Shown here one piece after another: positions 23,001 through 31,043 of a stretch of 33,403 nucleotides of DNA. The stretch is from Reclinomonas americana ATCC 50394 (Eukaryota), in contig PS015716.1 in the NCBI GenBank assembly GCA_048213135.1, forward strand, positions 1 to 33,403, in the 5' to 3' direction. Position 1 is the first letter of the stretch. Every line of letters starts with the position of its first letter. The position numbers were made by a program, and so were the translations under genes. The notes under the pieces were generated by a model. The model saw only the letters and a program-made list of their open reading frames with translations. It did not search any database and had not been told where the DNA came from.

Positions 23001-25634
23001 TGCAGTAATACTCACCAGTTGCAGCTGCCGTCGGTGTTGCAGCTGCCGTGGTTATGGCAGGTGGTCTCCGGCTTGCACTGGCACTGGGCGCCACCAATGC
23101 CCGGCTGGCACTGGCAGTGACCGTACTCGCACGTGCCGTTCGGGTAGTTGCAGGCAATGTCGCTCTGGCACTGCTGGCACACGTCGGAGCACGTCGGGCC
23201 GCACTGGCCGTTGGTGCACTTGTCGCAGTAGGTGCCCGTCCATTGCGAGTTGCTGCGTGGGTGATTGTGTGTGAGAGCACAACTCAACAAGAAAAGTGTG
23301 ATATCGAAGAGAATCACAAACCAGCTGCACGTGCCGTCGGCCTGGCAAGAGCCGTGACCGTTGCAGGTGCCGGCAATGCACTCGCAGCGCGGACCCAGCG
23401 CGCCATTGTCGCAGGCGCACAGCTGAGTATTCTGGTTGCAGTGGCCGTGACCAATGCCGCCGCATTCGGCGTCCGAGTAGCAGACGGCCGGGGTGGGCGG
23501 GGGGACGGGCGGGGAGGGCGGGCAGGCGGTGTCGCAGCGGTCGCCGCACAGGCCGTTCTGCGGGAGGAGAAGGGGAAGAGAGGGGAAGGGATAAAGGGCA
23601 AGGTGAGGGATCGGGGAGAGGGAAGAAGGGGGGTATGGGGGAGGAAGGAGGAGGAGAGGGAGAAGGGATGCGGTGGGGAGAGGTCACGAGGGAGAGAGTG
23701 AGAATGAGAGATAATGCCGGAAGCGGAAAACGGAAGGGAGAACATAGAGATGACTAAATACACACAAGACAACACGAGTGGGAGCGGATGCCAGTGCAGA
23801 CGCTCCTCGACGATGTGAGCAAGGCAACCAGAGCACAAACAGAGGACAATGACATGCAAGACTGAGATCCCTGGAAACGCAACGACGCAGAGCTCGCAGA
23901 ACTCGCCAGTGTACTGGTTGGCAAAGCTGCAGTGAACAAGCACATCAGGTGAGCCACGAAGTCATTCAGTGACTCATTCGCGCAGAGGGACGCAACCAGT
24001 TGCAAGTGCCATCCGAGTTGCACGTGCCGTGACCGTGGCAGGTCTCGACGGGGCGGCACTCGCATCGCTGGCCACCGATTCCGGGCTCGCACTGGCACTC
24101 GCCGGTGGACACGTTGCAGTGACCGTTGGGAGTGTTGCAGTCGGAGTCGAGGCTGCAGTGGAAGCCTGGCGGCGGTGGCGGTGGTGGCGGCGGCGGAGGC
24201 GGGGGCGGGGGAGGCGGGGGAGCAGTGCTGGTTTGGCAGTCGGCGCCGGTCCAGCCGTCCTGAGAAAGAGGACAAGGAGGGTGAGAAAGAGGGAGAGGGA
24301 GAGGGAGAGGGAGAGGGAGGGAGGGAGGGGGGAAGGACAGAAGATCCTTGCGTCTCTCTCTGCAGTCCAGAAAGTGCGCATTGTGACGCGGAGAGTGCAT
24401 TGCTCAAAGAATGGCAACAAATATAGCATTTCACTGTGCAAGCCGTGTCTTCCCTGCCACAGGAGAGTCTGGAGAAAGACATTGCAATACAGGGCACCAG
24501 TAATTCCTGTCCAGTGAACCAGACTGCACACACTTTGCTTCTCTTCAGACAAAAAGTCTCAAGGAATCGTCTCATCCCTCTCCATCCATCTCTCTTCCCA
24601 CTCAAACTCCCATCCTCCCAGTCCTTTTTAAGCTCCACATCTCACACCCTTTGTTTCTGTTGGATACAGGTCTCCAGTCCGAAGGAATCACCTCGCCCTC
24701 TCCATCCATCTCTCTTCCCCTACTCATCCTCGCTCTTGCCCCTCCCCCTCATGCACCCCTGTCTGCACCACCGTGCCCGCCATGATCCCTCCCTCCCTCC
24801 CTCTCCCTTTCTTTCAGACGATTCTGCAATTCGGCACGCCTTGGGGGATCGAACACGCACGCACCTTGCAAGCGCACTCGGCGTTTCCGTTGCTCAGCAG
24901 ACCACCGGTGAAGCGACCATTGCCGCTGCAGTGGTTGCTGACGCACTTGTACGTCACCTCGAGGTACTTGTAGATTCCCGAGCACTGCGAACAAAATAAG
25001 GTGATTGCATGAGACATACAGGCAAATATCAGCAGAAAAAAAGAAGAAAAGGAATCTGCCTGCACTCACCGACTGCAGGTTGACCTGACCGGGCTCGCCA
25101 AGGTTATCAATCGACGGCTCAACGACGCACGTGGAGATGGGACCGGACACGGGGTGGCACGTCGACTGCAACTGCGAAATCAACGTCGTTCCAGCGCCCA
25201 TGCACAACGTCGTGGTCGACAGATTGGCAAAGGAGCCCGTAGGCGACGCGCATACAGTGGCTATCAATCACAAGAGAATCAGACAATGAGCGTGCATGCA
25301 TGTGAAAGGTATCATGCATAATCACTCAACTTTCACGACGACCCCAGAAGGCATTGCTGATGAGAATGTACGTCTGAGGCGCACAGGTAATGTTGGCGAG
25401 GCCGCTGGTGGCGCCGGCATCGACTTGACACGTTTGCTGAAAGTTGTCGTCTGCGCACAAAAAAAAAACGTAACGGTCAGATTTTTCGGGCGCGCCAAAA
25501 AATCGCACAGATGCGAACTCCTGTCACACTCTCCTCTCTCTTTTGTGTGTATGTCTGACGCAACTCGCATGCACCGCGGCAACGCAGCAGCACAGCAGCG
25601 CAACGAGGAGGAGGAGGAGAGCAGAGGTGCGCAT
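13144..25634 (-). CDS. Secreted Cys-rich protein: signal peptide, SUEL/Gal_Lectin domain, about 18 (polyproline + EGF-like) modules, tandem tenascin-type EGF repeats, C-terminal SUEL-like domain; 42 exons
   Basis: ATG at 25634, MRTSALLLLLVALLCCCVAAVHA (signal peptide). N-terminal ITCAPQTYILISNAFWGR...CSGIYKYLEVTYKC is a SUEL signature. Repeated NGLCG..C...C-Pn-C....DC...NG.C..G.C.C.PGIGG..C.CRPVETCNGHGTCN.DG.C.C...W.G..CE.C. Last exon CPVGSSISVLHATF...LQGLC..CQLNAAAVVFDP..C..LEILYTC, then TGA at 13144. All 41 introns are GT-AG and preserve the frame. No transmembrane helix seen. Confidence 0.9.
19830..20050. repeat. Polypurine (GGGAGA)n / (GACGGA)n intronic tract
   Basis: Directly visible; it abuts the splice acceptor at 19807. 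Confidence 0.9.
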
Positions 25635-26795
25635 GTTCAGTTGCGTCCTCTGTTGTCACTCTCTCTCTCTCTCTTTCTCTTTCTTGTGTGGAGAGTGAAG
25701 AGTTGCTTGTCTCTCTCACACACACGTACTCACACACAGAGTGCGAGGGAGAAGGGGGGATGGAAGGGAGGAGTGTGTTGCAGAGGGTATCAACACACAC
25801 TCACACAGGAGTTGGGCACACACGCACACACGCACACGCAGAGAGTGAGTGCAGTGAGTGGTGCTTAGTGAGAGGGGGGAATGTGAAGAGAGAGTGCGGG
25901 GTTGGTGTGCGCTCTCTCGCTTCCCGTGTGTGAGTTTGATTGTTTGATGCGATGAAAATACAGCACTTGGTTGGGCGCGAAATTGTGGTGTGCACAATGG
26001 AGGAGTGACGATTCGCGTGTTTGTGTGCGACTGTGCGCGATGCAGTAGAGCGTGTGGTGGAGGTGGAGGTGGAGGTGGTGCAGCGTGTGTGGGGCGAGAG
26101 AGGGAGAGTGGGGAAGATTGGGGGGAAAACACGATTCGAACACGCGACCACTCGCTCACGCACCAATTCGCTGCATGAAAGAGGACGCATGTGTGGTGGG
26201 TAAGTGGGTGGGAAAGAGGAGGAGATCATGTGGCAGTTTCGGTGTGAGCGTGCTGCAACGGCCATGACATGCATGTCGTGACCATGCATGCATGCACCGC
26301 GGACTCTGGGTGTCCGTGTTCGAGTTTTGCAGCTTCCTAACGGTCGGAACTGCAAGCACGGATGCACAGTTCCATCGCAAGTTCAAGAGAAACCCTAGAA
26401 TGGGCTTTCGAGAACGACCGCAGCGGTTTCTGTACGTTTTCCGATCGATGAATGCAAGTGCGCTTGCGCAGCCACAGCGGCTCCGCTTGTCCGCGAACAC
26501 AAATGACAGCCAGCTTGAAAACACTCGAAATCTTGAGCACTAATGGCTCCGATGGCGTCGACATGGAAGAGAGATAACCGCGATCGGTTGCATGCGCAAC
26601 GAATTGGTCGGAGCATTCCTGCATCCTTCCGTAATTGCGCATGCCTCTTGTTGTCTGGAGGGCATTATTTGTTGCAGCACGCTGCTATCGGCAAGCAACA
26701 GGATGAGAAAAGAACGAGGAATACACCTCTGGACAGCTGATTACGAAATGAGAAATCGGATTCGAAAAAATGGATCGCGACCAACAAATCGCTAG

Positions 26796-27199
26796 TTACC
26801 GATTGGTATACTTAGGTTTCCAGAGTGAGACGACCAGGAGCCACTTCAATGTCCTTTCAGTTGTCCTGTTCGTTTTCACTCTTCTTTTGCTCTTGGAGAG
26901 CAAGTTGGAGAGGCGGTACAGGGTAATTGTTTCGACGCGAGAGCGGTACAGTTGGGTGAAACGGACCTGCACGTGATGCACAAGTTGGCAAGTGAGCTTT
27001 CTCTCATCTCCTCCTCCCCCTGTCGACTTGCCTTCACGTTCTTGGCCACGCCCTCGAAAGCCTCGTCGAGCATGCCACGCACCGTCTTTTGGTAGGTCTG
27101 CACGGTGACTACGTCGTGTTCGGAGATGGCGGAGGGTGAGGAGGCGGCAGCGATGGTGGCCACGGCTTTGGGGGGTGGGAGGAGGGCCTCGCAGAACTC
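26796..27199 (-). pseudogene. COG6: COG6-like fragment (two exons), apparently truncated
   Basis: Exon 27032-27199, GC-AG intron 26967-27031, then an exon from 26966, giving EFCEALL...MLDEAFEGVAKNVKVRFTQLYRSRVETITLYRLSNLL. This resembles the COG6 motif LD..FEGVCRP.KVR.EQ.......Y.L.NLL. Similarity stops near 26895 and the frame ends at a stop at 26796. Confidence 0.55.
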
Positions 27200-27331
27200 C
27201 TGTGCACAGGGAAAGGGTGATGAGGGGAACGGTGGAGGGGGGGTGGAGATGAGGGGGAAAAGGTAGAGGGGGGAAGGGAAATCAAGAGAAGGAAGATAGA
27301 GACGAGGAAGGAGAAGAATAATGGACTCTCT

Positions 27332-27709
27332 NNNNNNNNNNNNNNNNNNNNNNNNNNNNNNNNNNNNNNNNNNNNNNNNNNNNNNNNNNNNNNNNNNNNN
27401 NNNNNNNNNNNNNNNNNNNNNNNNNNNNNNNNNNNNNNNNNNNNNNNNNNNNNNNNNNNNNNNNNNNNNNNNNNNNNNNNNNNNNNNNNNNNNNNNNNNN
27501 NNNNNNNNNNNNNNNNNNNNNNNNNNNNNNNNNNNNNNNNNNNNNNNNNNNNNNNNNNNNNNNNNNNNNNNNNNNNNNNNNNNNNNNNNNNNNNNNNNNN
27601 NNNNNNNNNNNNNNNNNNNNNNNNNNNNNNNNNNNNNNNNNNNNNNNNNNNNNNNNNNNNNNNNNNNNNNNNNNNNNNNNNNNNNNNNNNNNNNNNNNNN
27701 NNNNNNNNN
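27332..27709. other. Assembly gap (N run)
   Basis: 378 N. Confidence 1.
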
Positions 27710-27832
27710 CAGCGTTACTCACCCGCACAGCCACATCAAAGCCGTACTCCGACCGCTCAAGCGCCGCCATGTGAAATCCGATGATGAGTCATGCAGGACC
27801 GCGCGCGCGACCGCAAGCGACGTCGTCTTTTA

Positions 27833-30042
27833 TTATGAAGGCTTGCGAGGAGTCGCTGTTGCTGTTGCTGATGTACATTGACGGTACAGTGCGGCTGCGC
27901 GGCTGTTGGGCTCGGCCAGACCTTTGATCTCCATTTCACGCCACAGAATGGCCGCACGACTGTGTTTTTCCTTTCCTTCAACATTCATCTCTTCGGCAAG
28001 CAAGGGCGATGCAGTAGCACGAACCTGGCATCCGGGGGCGACTGCTGTGTGCACGCATGCAGCAGGCCGACATAATGCGCCGTGGAAATCGGCAGACCGT
28101 CACGCTTCAGCATCGAGAACACCTGCGGCAAGTGACACAGGTCAAACTCTCCGGCACTGCGATGCGAGATCCGCAGCGCAGCGACGCACCTGGTGAGCGT
28201 CATCGACGCGCTGCGCACTGCACAGATGCTGCAGGGCGGTCTCGTACACGCTAATGTGGATCGTACCGGTGCAGTATTTGCCCCGTGTCGCCCGGTATCT
28301 CTGCAAAAATGGTACAAGTGCGCCGGCATCGACCCGTGCCATGGCCACCACGGCACGCATCAGCACAAACGTGTTGACGCGCACGTGCAGCCTCTTCATG
28401 TCGACAAAGAGCAGGCGTTCGATCCGCTGTGCGACGGTCTCTCCCTGGTTGGTGAGAATGGCGGCGGGTACGACAGAGGCTGCGCCGAGAGCCTGCACGA
28501 GTGCAGCGGGTGTGTTGGGCGACGGAGCCGACTGCGACTGTGCGGACGGAGAGGCCACACTGGCGTCCCATATGCGAAACGCCTCGCACAGAAGCTCGCG
28601 CTCTTGATCTGCGGCGGAGACTCGTTTCAGTGTCGCTGGCGATTGCACGGTTGCCGCAGAGGGTGCACTCACCGGCAGCCTGTGCCGCCCGCGCCCGCGC
28701 GGCATTGTCGACCAACATGACCAGCAGCTCATGCAGCGTCTGCTCGTCGGGTCGCAGGTGCTGATGCGTCAGCATGACTCGGTAGGCCCGTCGCGCGTCG
28801 TCCACCAAGCCGTTCTTGCCGAGGCCCCAGATCATAGCATCAAAAACGGGGCTCGTGGTGCGCACTCCACGCTGGCGCATGTTCTCGAGCAGCAGCCACG
28901 CTCGTTGCGGCTCCCCATGCGTGCACACGCACCGTATGGCGTAGGAATAGGCTCGGGGTGAGAGCGGCCTGGACGACTCGTAGCAGAGTTGCTCCACCGC
29001 CGCCCAGTCGTCGAGTTTCCCGTACGCCACCTGCACCGTCTCCACCAGCGCCACGCTGCTCTCTGTGTGTTCACGCGCACATCGTCACGCTCTCCCCCTT
29101 TCTCTCTCCCTTACACACGAGTCAACAACAGCAACATGCCTGTTCGCTTCTCCGCCGGCATCTCCAACCACCTCTCCACGACCCGCTGCGGCTGGCCGTG
29201 CTTGGCCAGCACCTTGAGCAGAATCGTCAATTCGTACTCACCGACGCCAATCGCCGCTGCCGCATCGCTGTACACGCGCTCCGCCACCGCCACCACTTGC
29301 TCCATGCTCAGTGGCGCCTCCGCTTGGTAGCACTCCACGGCCACGGCCACCGACTGATTGAATGGTGCTCCGTCGGCCGCGGCCGTCGATGCCCACGCCT
29401 CCGGCGTGTTCTTGCGCACCTGCTGTGCCCACACAGCGCTATCAAACGACAGACAGGCGTTCAACACAGCGGCGTACACGCGTCGCGAGAGCGGTGACTG
29501 CGCCTCGCGATCGCGCATCGTCTCGTACAGCGACACAACCTGCAGCGGGAAGTCAGGCGACAAAAGCAATGCACGCAGCGTCGTCCTTTGTTCCCAACCT
29601 GATGCAATCGCTCATGCCGCCCCAACCACAGCAGAAGCAGCGCCACACGCTCCTGTGGCAACTTGCGTGTCGGCACCTCACTCACAGGCCGATGCAGCAG
29701 CGTCGTGAGCTGCAGGATCGCTGCGCCAAGCAGAACACGCAATGAGCACAACACACAAGTGCATCGTCCTCTTCCCCTCGCACCTGGCACGACCTGTCTC
29801 GCCGCCACATTCTCCGCAAACACGCGGATCAACTCGCCACCAGGGCGACGATCGTTGACAGCCGCCGCCGTCTGCGCATCGACACGCAAGCCGACCAAGT
29901 ATCGCGTTTGCTCTGCGCACTTGTAAGAGAGCAAGAAGAAGAAGAAGAGGAGGGAGAGAGAGAAGGACGCACTGCTCTGCAATCGCTGCAGGGTCTCTCG
30001 CGTGGCCGAGCGGAAGCCGATCGCCGCCTTTCGCAGCAACAT
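27833..30042 (-). CDS. Pentatricopeptide repeat (PPR) protein, probably mitochondrial, multi-exon
   Basis: PPR motifs RAYSYAIRCVCTHGEPQRAWLLLENMRQRGVRTT, SPVFDAMIWGLGKNGLVDDARRAYRVML, ISVYETALQHLCSAQRVDDAHQVFSMLKRDGLPIS and AHYVGLLHAC. Arg-rich N-terminus MLLRKAAIGFRSATR at ATG 30042; stop at 27833. The 5' junctions are approximate. Confidence 0.88.
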
Positions 30043-30153
30043 CGAGCAAGCGATCACAGACTGACAGACAATCACTCGCGCGCGCGATCGTCCTCTCTTT
30101 GTTTCGCTTGTCTCTCTCTGTCTCTGTGTGTGCGCGCATCCCACAAGCAAAGC

Positions 30154-30916
30154 ATGTCACTTCTGCATCGACTGGCCTGCCGGCTGAACCTGGCAAGTGG
30201 AGCGGCCCCGGTGACAAGATGGGCATTGTGTGGTGCCAGATCACCAGCACTGATGACGATGAGCAGCTTGGCGGCGCCGACACCGGGCGAGGATCTGCTC
30301 ACCAAGTCGAGCACGGGTCTCACGTTGCGTGTGGAATGCATACAGTGAAGGAGAGGACTGTGTGAGAGAGAGATGTGATTGAGATGCATGCATGTGTGCA
30401 CGTGTGTGTGCGTTGAATGCACGCTCGCTCGTGTGTGTGTGTGTATGCGATGAGTGCCTTGTGTGTGCTGACTGTGCTTGCGTGTGCGTGTGTGCTTGTG
30501 TGTGTGTCGTGCGCGCGACATTTCCACTTCACAGTGGTCTGCCAGCGCTGAGCTTTGAGGAGGCGCGCTCGCAGCTGGAGGGCGCATACAAGCGCATTTT
30601 GAGCGAGGTGGCAGCCAAGGTGCCGGCAGAGGCCGACTATCGAAAGAACGTCGAGGCAGTGACCAATGTGAGTGATCACTCGTGCGCTTCCTCTCTCTGC
30701 GTTGCTCAACGTGTGTGCGTGTGTGTGTGTGTGCAGTTCCGGTTGAATGTGCTGCGCTCAAGCTCTGACCCGGCGGTGATTGAGGGCAAGATTGATTGCG
30801 GACAGCTGGAGGAGTTGCTGGTGCAGGCAAAGGAGGAGCTGGCGCTCATCGATGTGGTGGCCAGCGACAGAGCGTGGGAGGGCTCCAGCGGTGTCACTGT
30901 GGAGCACAAGGAGTGA
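30154..30916 (+). CDS. NDUFA5: NADH:ubiquinone oxidoreductase subunit A5 (B13), about 160 aa with an N-terminal extension
   Basis: Exons 30154-30323, 30535-30667 and 30737-30916 give TKSSTGLTGLP...YKRIL...VPAEADYRKNVEAVTNFRLNVL...IEGKIDCGQLEELLVQAKEELALI...AWE. Confidence 0.95.
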
Positions 30917-31043
30917 GGATGGCTCACTGCGGGAGGGACGGAGTGGCGTGCCCGCTGCGTTCCCTGATCATCCCGGTTGTCGTGCAATGCAACCGAGCAC
31001 AATGCTGTTGATTGATGTTGTTGCTGCTCTTCACTGCAACGGG

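Noticed and set aside
13500-24259. Calling the EGF protein tenascin, teneurin or Notch
   Set aside because: No FN3, fibrinogen, YD, LNR, ankyrin or transmembrane segments are visible; only the EGF repeat type is shared.
13144-25634. Non-canonical (non GT-AG) introns, frameshifting or an alternative genetic code in the EGF gene
   Set aside because: All 41 junctions resolve as GT-AG with the standard code. The recurrent C.W at ORF ends is a Cys codon split TG|C or TG|T by an intron.
26156-26795. Short ORFs in the AT-richer tract as a gene or transposon
   Set aside because: No recognisable motif, no convincing exon chain, and no terminal repeats or target-site duplication seen.
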